DNA from: Candidatus Sericytochromatia bacterium
GTDB taxonomy: Bacteria > Cyanobacteriota > Sericytochromatia > S15B-MN24 > VGJW01
Assembly: GCA_035285865.1 (NCBI GenBank)
Contig: JAYKHS010000028.1
Coordinates: forward strand, 1 to 64,000
Direction: 5' to 3'
DNA length: 64,000 nt
In this document: in pieces, positions 35,531 to 45,216 of the stretch
Numbering within the stretch: position 1 is the first letter of the stretch
How the letters are laid out: every line of letters starts with the position of its first letter
Position numbers and translations under genes: made by a program
The notes under the pieces: generated by a model
The model's input: the letters and a program-made list of their open reading frames with translations, nothing else
Told to the model about the DNA's origin: nothing
Databases searched by the model: none

Positions 35531-36598
35531 TTAGTTTTCCAGCACCAGTGCCTGAGGCCCGTCGCCGACGCTGGTCCGGCTGATGATGCTCGCGCTGGCC
35601 AGATCCAGCACCGTGACCTTGTCCTCGCCGAAGTTGGGCACCCACGCGTGCTTGCCTTTGATCACGAGGCGCGAGGCCGAGGTGTCTCCGGGGTTCACCT
35701 TCCAGTCCTTTCGCGAATCGGTCAGGATCTGGCCCGAGGCCGGATCGAAGGCGATGAGCCCGTTGCCCCTGCCGTCACCATCCACCGAGGCCCCGAGCCC
35801 GGCCCAGCCCTTGCCGCTGCCGTCGACGGCAATGGAGGCGAAACGGGCACCCGCATCGAGCTTTGCCACGGCCTTGCCCTGTGCCGGGTCGACGATCAGG
35901 CCGCCGGTGACGGTGCCCAGTGCGAGACGCTTGCCGGGCAGCGTGGCGATGGCCCAGGGCGTGGCAGAGGCCTCGAGCGAGAGGGGAGTCACGAAGCTCT
36001 TCTGGTCGATGTCGTAGACCTGGATGCCGGACCAGGTCGTGGTGGCCCTGTAGGGTGGGGTCTCTTCGTAGGTGGTGTCGGCCGCCGCCATGTAGATGCG
36101 GTTGTCGATGCGCGCCATGGCGCCCTGGGTCTGATGTCCGTCGGGCAGATCGAGGGTCTTGAGCGTGGCTCCGTCGCTCAGGCGGACAAGAAAGGCTTTC
36201 TTGACCATCACGGAGCTGACGAGTATCTCGTCAGGGCCGGCGTCGAGCACTTCCATCGGATTGCTGCCCACCTCGAGGCTGATGCGTCGATCGATGGCGG
36301 ACGCTCCGAAGGGCCCCATGGCAATCTTGGCCTCCTTGGACTCCACGGTGAGCAAGGAGCTGCCGATGCGGACAAGCTGGTTCGGCCATTCACCGACCTC
36401 GAAGAGGCGCGTTACCTTGCCCGTCGCGGGCTCGACGCGCTCGACCGTCCGCCCGAGCCCGTGCAGGACGAGGAACGGGGTGTCTGCTTCAGGTGTTGGT
36501 GACGGATTGCCGGTGGTCGCGGAGGTCGTGGGCGCCTGGGCCTGGCAACCTGCAAGGCCCAGCGCAAGGGCAAACAAGGTGCGAAGGGAGTCGTGCAT
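35531..36598 (-). CDS. YncE-like beta-propeller lipoprotein (candidate B12-binding protein)
   Basis: Lipobox LAGC; VGEWPN, VGSNP, VGDGPQAL blade motifs; directly downstream of btuB. Confidence 0.75.
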   Translation of the reverse strand: MHDSLRTLFALALGLAGCQAQAPTTSATTGNPSPTPEADTPFLVLHGLGRTVERVEPATGKVTRLFEVGEWPNQLVRIGSSLLTVESKEAKIAMGPFGASAIDRRISLEVGSNPMEVLDAGPDEILVSSVMVKKAFLVRLSDGATLKTLDLPDGHQTQGAMARIDNRIYMAAADTTYEETPPYRATTTWSGIQVYDIDQKSFVTPLSLEASATPWAIATLPGKRLALGTVTGGLIVDPAQGKAVAKLDAGARFASIAVDGSGKGWAGLGASVDGDGRGNGLIAFDPASGQILTDSRKDWKVNPGDTSASRLVIKGKHAWVPNFGEDKVTVLDLASASIISRTSVGDGPQALVLEN

Positions 36599-36628
36599 GA
36601 GGGAGCCTTTCTCGGGTGGTTTGGGGGG

Positions 36629-38431
36629 TTAGAGTTCCTGTGTCCAGGTCAGTCGCGCCGTTCGTCCCGGTGTGGGATAGCCCGGCTGGTAGGTGGGCCG
36701 GGTGTCGGCCAGATCTTCGGTCGTCAGCAGGAAGGTGCCGTGGCGTTCCGATCGCCACGACACCTGCAGGCCGAGGACGGTGATGGGGTCCAGGCGTCCC
36801 GTTTCGCTTGCCGTGGCGAAGCGGCGTCCCTGATGGTCGATTCGAACCGTGGCGGCAAGATTCTCGGCGGCCTGCCACGTCAGGCTGCCGCCCGCCACAT
36901 GATCCGGACGGAAGGGCAGTTCCCTGCCGGCTGTCGCTCCGGTGGTTCGGCCGTCGACGGTACGGCTCCACGTCTCGTGAAGCGCAAGGGTGCACTCCGG
37001 AACAGGCTGCCACGACACATTGGCTTCCAGACCCTGCCCCAGTGTTCTGCCGATGTTCTCAGGCCGCCATTGACCCCCGGGGCCTGGTTGCCAGGCGATG
37101 GTGTCTGCACCATCCCTCCGGAAGAGGGTGGCCTGTGCGGCAATCGCGCGGTTCGGTTTCCAGTCTAGACCGAGCTCGTCCTGCCAGTTGCGTTCGGGCC
37201 GCAACCCGGGGTTGCCGGCAGCCTCGCGACTGCTCGGCCAATACAGGTCGTTCAGTGTCGGTGCCCGGAAGGTCTGCCCGCTGCGCCATCGGAGCGTGGC
37301 ACCGGGGAGGGCCACCCAGGCGAGACCGATCCGGGGCGAGAGCCCGCCTTGGCTGGCCTCTGCCCCGAACTGCTCGAACCGTACCGAGGCCACGGTCGTC
37401 AGGCCACGAATCGGTTGCCAGATATCCTCCAGGAAGACCGCCTGCTGCCCGCGGTCGCCAAGGCGTTCTGCCTGATGCCACGTGAGGGTCGCTCCCGTAT
37501 CGAGGAGGTGTTCCCTCAGGGCTGCCTGATGACGGAATCGTGCCTCGGTGGACTGGAAGCTCGTCTGTTCCAACGTCGGGCCGAAGACACGATCGGGATC
37601 GGCCAACGAGGTGCTCGCGCCCTGTCGCGAGACCTGCCATTCCTGTCCGAGTCCGCGTTCGTCCCGGGTGTCCCAAGTCAGGGCTCCGAGCCAACGGGCG
37701 TCGCTCTGCCCGGCCCGTGGCGTCGGTTGGTTGATGTCTCCAGGCAGGCCCTTGTCGAAGCCGCCGCCGACCCATTGGAAGAGCAGGCGTCCGCCTTCCA
37801 GCCGTCGTTCGAGGTCGAGCGTGCCCTGCAGTTGCTCGGTTCCGGCATTCTGGCGATTGCCGGCGGGACGTCCGTCCCGGTTGAACGGGTAGGCGTTCAC
37901 GGCCTGAAGATGCCGCAACGACAGCGAGAACCTGCCGTTGGCATCGGCGTCGGCAAGGGTTGCCCCGATGGACCGTTCCCCCAGACTACCGATCCCGAGG
38001 CTGCTCCGACGCACCGGCCGCCGGGCTGAGGTCAGAATGATCACGCCGCCCGAAGCGTCGGCTCCGTAGGGTCCGGATCCTCCTCCGGAACGGATCTCGA
38101 CCGCATCCAGGCCCTCCAGCGGCAAGCTGCCGAGGTCTGCCTGACCCAGGCGGGGATCATTCAGTCGGACCCCGTCCCGGACGACGAGCACGCCCTCTGC
38201 ACCGACTCCGCGCCACGATGCGGTGGCCAAGGCACCTGGCTCGCCATAACTCCGTATGGCAAGGCCTGCTTGTCGCGCCAGCAATTCACCGAGCGTCCGC
38301 GCTCCGGAACGGATCAGGTCGTCGGCTGAAAGGCGCGTGACTGCCTGCGTCTGATCTTCGGGACGCGGCCGATGAGCTGCCACCGTGACTTCGCCAAGGT
38401 CGGGCAGCTCTGGCGGGACAGCCAGCAGCAT
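36629..38431 (-). CDS. btuB: TonB-dependent receptor, probable cobalamin transporter
   Basis: EVTVAA TonB box, plug domain (RDGVRLN, YGADASGGVI), FRAPTLNDLYW..GNPGLRPE, PGRT; riboswitch upstream. Confidence 0.85.
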   Translation of the reverse strand: MLLAVPPELPDLGEVTVAAHRPRPEDQTQAVTRLSADDLIRSGARTLGELLARQAGLAIRSYGEPGALATASWRGVGAEGVLVVRDGVRLNDPRLGQADLGSLPLEGLDAVEIRSGGGSGPYGADASGGVIILTSARRPVRRSSLGIGSLGERSIGATLADADANGRFSLSLRHLQAVNAYPFNRDGRPAGNRQNAGTEQLQGTLDLERRLEGGRLLFQWVGGGFDKGLPGDINQPTPRAGQSDARWLGALTWDTRDERGLGQEWQVSRQGASTSLADPDRVFGPTLEQTSFQSTEARFRHQAALREHLLDTGATLTWHQAERLGDRGQQAVFLEDIWQPIRGLTTVASVRFEQFGAEASQGGLSPRIGLAWVALPGATLRWRSGQTFRAPTLNDLYWPSSREAAGNPGLRPERNWQDELGLDWKPNRAIAAQATLFRRDGADTIAWQPGPGGQWRPENIGRTLGQGLEANVSWQPVPECTLALHETWSRTVDGRTTGATAGRELPFRPDHVAGGSLTWQAAENLAATVRIDHQGRRFATASETGRLDPITVLGLQVSWRSERHGTFLLTTEDLADTRPTYQPGYPTPGRTARLTWTQEL

Positions 38432-38483
38432 GGGAGTGCGCGGATTCCTTGCCTCGAGGAGAGACCGAGCAGGGGGACAGGTC

Positions 38484-38563
38484 CTGATGCCGGTCGGGCT
38501 CGGGGAGGCTTCCCCATACCGTTGCGGGACAGCGCCGGGTTCTCACCGGACTTCACGCATCAG
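38484..38563 (-). ncRNA. Cobalamin riboswitch, compact class-II-like
   Basis: Minus strand CTGATGC-GTGAAGTCCGGTGAGAACCCGGCGCTGTCCCGCAACGGT..GAGCCCGA..GCATCAG; closing stem CTGATGC/GCATCAG; extended -10 TGCTAGACT just upstream. Confidence 0.85.
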
Positions 38564-38569
38564 AGAGCT

Positions 38570-38770
38570 TCAGTCTAGCACGAGGGGAGAGCCTTTGCCT
38601 CCTCGGCCCGGAGTGCCGTAGTTCCTGCGGCCGTCCAGACTTGCCTCATCGGGCAACTCGCGCGGCGTTTCCTCGAATGCGGGCTCTCCTCCGCCGGCGT
38701 CCTCCCGCCGGAGGCTGCCTGTGACCGATGTCAGCCAGCCTGTACCCAGAGCACTTCTGATGGCATCCAG
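38570..38770 (-). other. Open frame paralogous to 38850-39146 with no ATG/GTG/TTG start (CTG start or relic)
   Basis: Translates LDAIRSALGTGWLTSVTG...LVLD-stop; shares DAIR-x3-GTGWL with the upstream ORF. Confidence 0.4.
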
Positions 38771-38849
38771 CTTGCCGTCACCGTACCGTCGTGACGTTGA
38801 AACACGCTGAATTCACCAAGATTTCGGGCAGAAGACGCCCGTTGCGCCA

Positions 38850-39146
38850 CTACCCGCGACGAGCCCTGCCAGGAGAGGCGCCGAAGGTCTGCAGGCTTGT
38901 CTTGGTGATTTCGTTGTCTTGGGTGGTGGTTGGCAACTCGGGTGCCTTGTCGCTCGGGTCGAGGCGTACCGTGCGGTGCGCAGGATTCGCCTGACCACCC
39001 AGCAGGCGATTCCTGTCCTGCGAGTCGGCCTTCCCGTCATCCGGATGCGACGCCGGCGACTTCGGCACATCACCGACAGGCACGGGTGAGTCACCCTTGG
39101 CCCTCAACCAGCCCGTACCGCCCGATCCTCTGATGGCGTCAACCAT
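38850..39146 (-). CDS. Small hypothetical protein (98 aa)
   Basis: AGGAG RBS; MVDAIRGSGGTGWLRAKG... Confidence 0.55.
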   Translation of the reverse strand: MVDAIRGSGGTGWLRAKGDSPVPVGDVPKSPASHPDDGKADSQDRNRLLGGQANPAHRTVRLDPSDKAPELPTTTQDNEITKTSLQTFGASPGRARRG

Positions 39147-39196
39147 GTTCAACTCCTGCTCGAGACGTGACGCGCCAGATCATACTCACCAAGGTT

Positions 39197-40027
39197 TCAG
39201 AACTGCAGGTCCTTGTAGATCCCGCCCTGAGCATCCAGCCAGCGTTCCCGCACGACGTTGCCCACCTCGTCGTAATGGAACTCCTGGCTCGCGGCGAGGC
39301 GGTCCTTGGCCCCGCGCAGTTCCACCCGCGCGAGCAGACCCTGCTTGTTCCAGGAGTACTTCTGCCTGCTGGTCCTCTCCTTGCCGCCGCCCAGATGCCA
39401 GGCCCGTTCGGTGACGCGACCTTCCTTGTCGTAGGTGAAACGCAGTTCACCGACCATGCGGCCATCCGGGCCGCGCTCGGCCTGCACCACGATCTCGCCG
39501 GCCTTGTCGTAGGCGTACTCCAGGATCTTGACCACTTGCCCGTCGGCGTCCGTCCAGGTTTCCGAGGTGTTCTGGCCCTTCTCGTCATAGGTCGAGGTGA
39601 TCGCGTAGAAGAGTGCCCCGTTCTGGTCGTACTCGGCGCGCCAGACCAGCAGGCCCGAAACGTCGTCGTAGCGATATCGGTGATGATTGTCGATACGCCC
39701 ATACCGGTCGATCCAGATGCCATCCCGCAGACGATGCTCATGCTCGTCGTATCGGTAGACCCGTTGGCTGGGCTTGGTGAAGGTCCTCTCGAACTTCTCG
39801 AAGAACACCACCCGTCCCATCACGTCCAGGTGATGGGTCTGATGCTCGTGGGGCACCTTGCCTTCCGGATATTCGTCGATGCCGACGACCTTGCCGAAGC
39901 GGTCGATGCGTCCGGTCCTGTAGTGGCGGGTCCGGACGACCTGGGCCTTTGCGGTGGCGATCAGGGTTTCGGCAGGCTCGATGACGATCGAGGATTGGGC
40001 GGGCGCAGGCATGGCGGTCTCCGGCAA
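39197..40027 (-). CDS. YD/RHS-like repeat protein
   Basis: Repeated YRYDE, YDQNG, YDEKG, YDKAG, YDKEG, YDEVG units. Confidence 0.75.
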   Translation of the reverse strand: MPETAMPAPAQSSIVIEPAETLIATAKAQVVRTRHYRTGRIDRFGKVVGIDEYPEGKVPHEHQTHHLDVMGRVVFFEKFERTFTKPSQRVYRYDEHEHRLRDGIWIDRYGRIDNHHRYRYDDVSGLLVWRAEYDQNGALFYAITSTYDEKGQNTSETWTDADGQVVKILEYAYDKAGEIVVQAERGPDGRMVGELRFTYDKEGRVTERAWHLGGGKERTSRQKYSWNKQGLLARVELRGAKDRLAASQEFHYDEVGNVVRERWLDAQGGIYKDLQF

Positions 40028-40047
40028 GGCTGGGGGAAGGGGCGCGA

Positions 40048-41898
40048 TCAGTAGTACTGGCGTTCAGGGCGATCGTGGGTGCCGATCTTGCGGTCGCTGA
40101 CCCACGCCACGCCGAATTTCTGGACGTACAGGTGCATGAACTCCCGGTAGCGCAGGTAGAACCAGAGTCCGCGCCCGTATGCCTCCTCGCAGGAGGTCGT
40201 GCATCGGGTCATCATCTCGGACAGCTCATCGTCCTTCATGCCTTCGTCGGTCCGGATGGTGTAATGCGCATTGGCCGACAGCTCCTCGAAGCTCTCGTGG
40301 ACCTCGAGGATGCCTTGCTTCTCCGCCTCGCGGTAGAGGGCGGAGTGACGGCCCAGGGTAAAGACCGACCGACCATAGGAGTGAATGATGTCGGTGTTGG
40401 AGCAGATCATGTCGATGGTGGACTGGGCTTCCTCGCGGGTCTCCGTCGGGAAGCCGAAGAAGATGTAGGCGAAGTTCCAGATGCCGGCATCCGCCGAGCC
40501 CTTCAGTATGGGCAGGCGCCGCTCGAAGGCCACGCCTTTCTTGATCAGCTCGTGGATCCGCGGGGAGCCGGTCTCGACTCCCCAGAGCACCAGCCGCAGG
40601 CCGGATCGGTACAGCAGCTCCATCAGTTCGGCCGTGAATCCGTTCTCGAGACGACCGTTCGAAAACCAGGTGATGTCCAGTTTCTCGGCGATGAAGCGCT
40701 CGGCCATGGCGCGCATCATGGCTGGTCGAATGGCCTCGTCGATCAGCTGGAAGTGCCTGATCCCGTAGTTGTCCTTGAGGTGTCGGATTTCCTGAACCAA
40801 GCGATCCAGCGACTTCTCGTCCTCCGTGACGCCCCAGAAGCTGTCGCAGAACGAGCACAGGCCCCAGTAACAGCCCTTCCCGGCCTGGATGGTCAGCACC
40901 AACTCGGGACTCAGGTACTTGTCGAGCGGCAGGCCTTCCAGGTCCTGAATGCCGATGGCGTCCATCTTCGGGACGGGGCGAACGGGGGAAACACGCACGG
41001 TCTCCGCATCATGGGCCTTGTGCAGGAGATTGGGTACCTCGTCGAGGTCTCGTCCCTCGTGGACGGCCCGGGCCAGCAGCAGCATGGTGTGCTCGCCCTC
41101 GCCGATGGCGACGCTGTCGGCAAATTTCTCGAAGAAGCGCGGCCGTTTCGCGAGCGTGTCCTTCACGCGCTCGAAGAAGTTGCCGCCGATGGTGATGTGG
41201 ACATCCGGTCCGGCAGCCTCGCGCAACTTGCGGGCCAGCGTCAGGCCCGGCAGCACCTGCGAGAAGGCATTGATCGAGATGCCGATGATTTCCGGCCTCT
41301 CGGCCAGCATCGACGGGATGACTTCGTCATAGAAGGCCGCAAACATGTTGTTCGCGGCGTCTTCGGTGTGGACGACCATGTTCTCGACCGTCATCAGGCA
41401 GTCGGGCTGTTCGAAGTAGTTGAGCGCGAGACGCGCCGGATGGTACGGCATCGACACGGCCTGACACGCCAGGTCGAGCGTTTCCAGAGCATCGATCAGC
41501 AGGTCCGGGTTGTAGAACCGCCGGGGATCGCGCAGAGTCTCCACGGCATCGGCAATCTGGCGCGGCAGCGCTTCCAGCAGGTCGCCCTTCGCCGCCATGA
41601 AAACCTCGATGGCCTTGGCACGCTGGAGGTCGATGAGGACCTGCCGGTCGGTCTCGCCGAGCAGTTCCTTGAGGCGCGCCTCGACGCCCAGATATTCCTG
41701 CATCAGATGCAGGCGATTGCGGACCTCGGTCAGGTACTCCGGTTGGAAGATCCGATCGAACCATTCGATGTTGAGATCGCGGAGGACTACTTCTACCCCG
41801 TTGCGACGGAGATGCCCCGCGATGCCCCGAAGGGCGAAGTGGGGATTCTGCGCCGACCACTGGGGCGGAAAGGCGAGCAGGACCCTGGGTGACGACAC
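40048..41898 (-). CDS. B12-binding radical SAM protein
   Basis: N-terminal B12-binding region (DLNI, IIGISI, HITIGG); GCYWGLCSFC CxxxCxxC; GVETGS; FFGFPTET. Confidence 0.9.
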   Translation of the reverse strand: MSSPRVLLAFPPQWSAQNPHFALRGIAGHLRRNGVEVVLRDLNIEWFDRIFQPEYLTEVRNRLHLMQEYLGVEARLKELLGETDRQVLIDLQRAKAIEVFMAAKGDLLEALPRQIADAVETLRDPRRFYNPDLLIDALETLDLACQAVSMPYHPARLALNYFEQPDCLMTVENMVVHTEDAANNMFAAFYDEVIPSMLAERPEIIGISINAFSQVLPGLTLARKLREAAGPDVHITIGGNFFERVKDTLAKRPRFFEKFADSVAIGEGEHTMLLLARAVHEGRDLDEVPNLLHKAHDAETVRVSPVRPVPKMDAIGIQDLEGLPLDKYLSPELVLTIQAGKGCYWGLCSFCDSFWGVTEDEKSLDRLVQEIRHLKDNYGIRHFQLIDEAIRPAMMRAMAERFIAEKLDITWFSNGRLENGFTAELMELLYRSGLRLVLWGVETGSPRIHELIKKGVAFERRLPILKGSADAGIWNFAYIFFGFPTETREEAQSTIDMICSNTDIIHSYGRSVFTLGRHSALYREAEKQGILEVHESFEELSANAHYTIRTDEGMKDDELSEMMTRCTTSCEEAYGRGLWFYLRYREFMHLYVQKFGVAWVSDRKIGTHDRPERQYY

Positions 41899-41909
41899 GG
41901 TCGATGTTC

Positions 41910-43079
41910 CTAGGCTGCCTTGGGGCTTTCCTTGCGCAGGTATGCGGCCAGCTCCCCGACGATGGGCACGATGCCCTCCTGACGGATCTGACGGATGCGC
42001 GCGACGGCTTCGTCGTGCTGCTTGATCTGTTCTGCGACGGCTTCACACGTGCCGCCGACCTTGAGATCCAGCAGGAACTTCTGCAGCTTCTTCTCCTCGG
42101 CGAGCAACTCCTGAAACTTCTTGACCTTCTCCATCACGTCTTCCGGGGCGAGGTCGCCGCTGTAGGCGGAGGTGTCGACGTCCGCCGCGGAAACCGTGGG
42201 CATCGGCGTCGGCGCGTTGGGCAGGCCTTTGCTCGACAGACCGGCCGGATCCACCGAGATGACCGGCGTGACTACTTTCTTGCCCTTGACGGCACCGGCC
42301 TGACGCATGGCGGCAGCTTCCTCGGCTTCGGCCTTCGCTTTCTCCATCGCCTTGGTGATGACGTCCATCGCAAGCTTCCAGGAGTTCATGTCCGGCTTGA
42401 AGTCGGGATCGATGCCGGCCTTGAGGAGGGCCTCCTTGAACTGGAGATCCTCGAAGCCGAGGGCGCCGTTGCCCTCCGTGTCGACGGCGATGGCGTTGCC
42501 GGTTGCGCGATTGACCAGTGCGATGCGGCCATCCACGCGGGTGATGTCGGCATCGATGCCGTATTCGCTCTTGAGCAGCTCCTTGAGCTTTTCGGGCTTC
42601 AGGCTTCCGCCGTTGTCACGAATCAGGGTGTAGACCGCAAGGGCCTCGCTTTCGAGCATCGAATACTTCTTGGCTGCGCCCATGCCGGCACCCGCGACTT
42701 CAATCGTGCGCGGGCGGGGCGAGACCTGCTCGGGTTCCGCATAGCTGACGGACTGCGCGGGGGCCGGGCCCGAGATGACCTTGGGTTCGCTGTCGGAGGG
42801 GCGGATGGTCGACGGCGGACTGTTCAACTGCACGACGTTGTCGGAGTAGGTTCCGGATCGTGCAGGCGCCGGCCCCGGTACCGTGGCGGACGGTCCCTCG
42901 ACCGGCTTCGGGGCCGAGGGAGCCGAGCCCATGTCGACGGCCACGTCGTCGCTCGGGAAGGTCGGGGTCTGCCGCTTCTGGTTCTCGTCCATCTGGACTT
43001 CGTCGAACGACGGAACCGAGGTCATGCCGGCGTTCGGCAAGGGGCCGGTCGCCGGACGGTTGATTTTCATGTCGGACAT
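41910..43079 (-). CDS. Hypothetical protein with Pro-rich N-terminus and coiled-coil C-terminus
   Basis: GGAGGA RBS before ATG at 43079; typical codon bias. Confidence 0.7.
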   Translation of the reverse strand: MSDMKINRPATGPLPNAGMTSVPSFDEVQMDENQKRQTPTFPSDDVAVDMGSAPSAPKPVEGPSATVPGPAPARSGTYSDNVVQLNSPPSTIRPSDSEPKVISGPAPAQSVSYAEPEQVSPRPRTIEVAGAGMGAAKKYSMLESEALAVYTLIRDNGGSLKPEKLKELLKSEYGIDADITRVDGRIALVNRATGNAIAVDTEGNGALGFEDLQFKEALLKAGIDPDFKPDMNSWKLAMDVITKAMEKAKAEAEEAAAMRQAGAVKGKKVVTPVISVDPAGLSSKGLPNAPTPMPTVSAADVDTSAYSGDLAPEDVMEKVKKFQELLAEEKKLQKFLLDLKVGGTCEAVAEQIKQHDEAVARIRQIRQEGIVPIVGELAAYLRKESPKAA

Positions 43080-43222
43080 GAAAGGGAATCCTCCTCCGAA
43101 GGGGACACGTGCGTGCCTGTTCATGATTTCGCGGACTAACGTGCGCCACGCGATACGTTTCACATACCCTTCACGCCCCTCTTTCCACCCTGTCCGGTAC
43201 GGCTGGCGCGGTAGAATGGGAC

Positions 43223-44248
43223 ATGAAGCTCGCGACCCTCGAACAGCGTGATCCGGCGACAGGACGCTTGCGTCCGGATGGGCGACTCGTGGTGGTTTCA
43301 CCGGATCACCGGTGGGGCCTCGAGGTTCCGGGCGTGCCCGACATGCTCGCGGCGATGGAGCGCTGGGACGAGAGCCGTCCTGCGTTCGCGGCGGCTGCCG
43401 CTCGTTTGGCCGCCGGAGAGGTGGCAGGTGCGGTCGATCTCGAAGCCGAGACGTTCATGGCACCCTTGCCTCGGACCTGGTCCTGGCTCGACGGCAGTGC
43501 CTTCATCCAGCACGTCATCCTCGTGCGCAAGGCGAGGGGAGCCGAACCCCCCGAGGATCTCCGCACCGTGCCGCTGATGTACCAGGGGGTCAGCGACAAT
43601 CTGCTCGGACCTGCGGCGGACCTGCCCCTGCGTGATCCCACGGACGGCATGGACTTCGAGGCCGAGGTCGCGGTGGTCCTGGGCCCGGTGGCGATGGGGG
43701 CGACGCCGGCCGAGGCCGCCAAGGCCATCCGGTTGATCATGTTGATGAACGACGTCAGCCTGCGCAATCTGATCCCGCGCGAATTGGCCGCCGGCTTCGG
43801 CTTCTTCCACGGCAAGCCGGCCTCCTCGTTTGCCCCGTTCGCCGTCACGCCCGACGAGGCCGGGGAGGCTTGGCGCGACGGGCGTCTGCACCTGCCGATG
43901 CGGTCGTGGCTGAACGGCAAGCCTTACGGCCATCCCGACGCGGGAGAGATGTTCTTCTCCTTTCCCGAACTCATCGCCCACGCTGCGGCGACGCGCGATC
44001 TCTCGGCGGGTACCATCCTCGGCAGCGGGACGGTATCCAATGCCGACCCGGCCGTCGGTTCCAGTTGTCTTGCCGAGCAGCGGATGCTCGAGAAGATCGG
44101 GACGGGCACCATGGTCACGCCCTTCATGCAGGACGGCGATCGCATCGAGTTGGACCTGCTCCTGCCGGATGGCCGCTCGCTCTGCGGCCGCATCGACCAG
44201 AAGGTGGTGCCTGCGGCCCGCCGTGTCGTGGCCGGGAGCGCGGGGTGA
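43223..44248 (+). CDS. Fumarylacetoacetate hydrolase family protein
   Basis: MKLATL, DGSAF, PLMYQG, DFEAE, NDVSLR, GTILGSGTVSN. Confidence 0.92.
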   Translation: MKLATLEQRDPATGRLRPDGRLVVVSPDHRWGLEVPGVPDMLAAMERWDESRPAFAAAAARLAAGEVAGAVDLEAETFMAPLPRTWSWLDGSAFIQHVILVRKARGAEPPEDLRTVPLMYQGVSDNLLGPAADLPLRDPTDGMDFEAEVAVVLGPVAMGATPAEAAKAIRLIMLMNDVSLRNLIPRELAAGFGFFHGKPASSFAPFAVTPDEAGEAWRDGRLHLPMRSWLNGKPYGHPDAGEMFFSFPELIAHAAATRDLSAGTILGSGTVSNADPAVGSSCLAEQRMLEKIGTGTMVTPFMQDGDRIELDLLLPDGRSLCGRIDQKVVPAARRVVAGSAG

Positions 44249-45210
44249 GCCCCACGGGTCCTGAAGGCCTGCGCATCCTCGCGTCGGGACTCTTCGATCA
44301 CGCCGGCACCTTTCCGCCGGCGGCGCTTCCTTTCGACGAGGCTCTGGCCAAGGCTGCGGTCTTTCCGGAACGATTGGTCCGGCCGTGGCTGGTGGCAGCC
44401 GATCTCGTCGTGACGATGGCGCAGTTGGCCGAGCTCGACGCGGACCGCCTGCGCGCGGCTGGTTTCCGGGAGGGCCGCATGCTTCGCTGGGTCGTGCTGG
44501 GACCCGTGCTCAAGCCCGATGGGCCGGCCGCCGTGCATGCCGACCTGCTGGCGTGGCTGGCGGCACCATCGAATCCGTTGTTTCCACAGGTTGTGGCCAG
44601 TTACGAGGTCAGGGTCACCTGCCGACCCGGGGCCATCGGTTGGTTGCCCGAAGCCCTCGCGCCCATGGTGTCCGTGCTTGCGGACCGGGGCATTCGTCTC
44701 GTCGTCGAGCCGGACTGGGCTCCCGATGACTGGTTGGTCGGTGGATCCCAGCTGGCCGAATGCCTCGCCCGGATGCCTGAGCCTCGCCCCCTGCTCAAGG
44801 TCCGCGGATCCGGACCCACCGCCATCGACCTGCCCGCGCTCGCCCATGTGATCGCGCTCGTGGCCCGGCATGGCTTGGGCCTCAAGGCTACTGCGGGCCT
44901 CCATCATCCCGTGCGGGAGGAGCGGTGGGGGAACGATCTGGGCTTTCTCTCGCTGGCGGCGGCTTTGCGCTTCAGGCAGGCCCTCGGGAAGGAGGGCTTC
45001 CCGGATGCGGCTCTTCTGGCGTGTCTGGCCCAGGACGCTGTCCCCGGGGAGGATGCGTTCGGTTTCAGCCTGGACCAGGGCCTCGCGTGGAGGACCTGGA
45101 GCGTGGACAGCCTTGCCTTGGCCCGGATCGTTGGCCTGCAGCCGTTCTCGATCGGCAGCTGCAGCCTGGACGAGCCGGATGCGGATCTGGTCCGCGGTTT
45201 CGGTCGTTAG
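44245..45210 (+). CDS. Conserved hypothetical protein coupled to the FAH gene
   Basis: GTGA overlap; DHAGTFPPA, LKATAGLHHP, SIGSCSLDEP. Confidence 0.7.
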   Translation: MSPTGPEGLRILASGLFDHAGTFPPAALPFDEALAKAAVFPERLVRPWLVAADLVVTMAQLAELDADRLRAAGFREGRMLRWVVLGPVLKPDGPAAVHADLLAWLAAPSNPLFPQVVASYEVRVTCRPGAIGWLPEALAPMVSVLADRGIRLVVEPDWAPDDWLVGGSQLAECLARMPEPRPLLKVRGSGPTAIDLPALAHVIALVARHGLGLKATAGLHHPVREERWGNDLGFLSLAAALRFRQALGKEGFPDAALLACLAQDAVPGEDAFGFSLDQGLAWRTWSVDSLALARIVGLQPFSIGSCSLDEPDADLVRGFGR

Positions 45211-45216
45211 GGCGCT

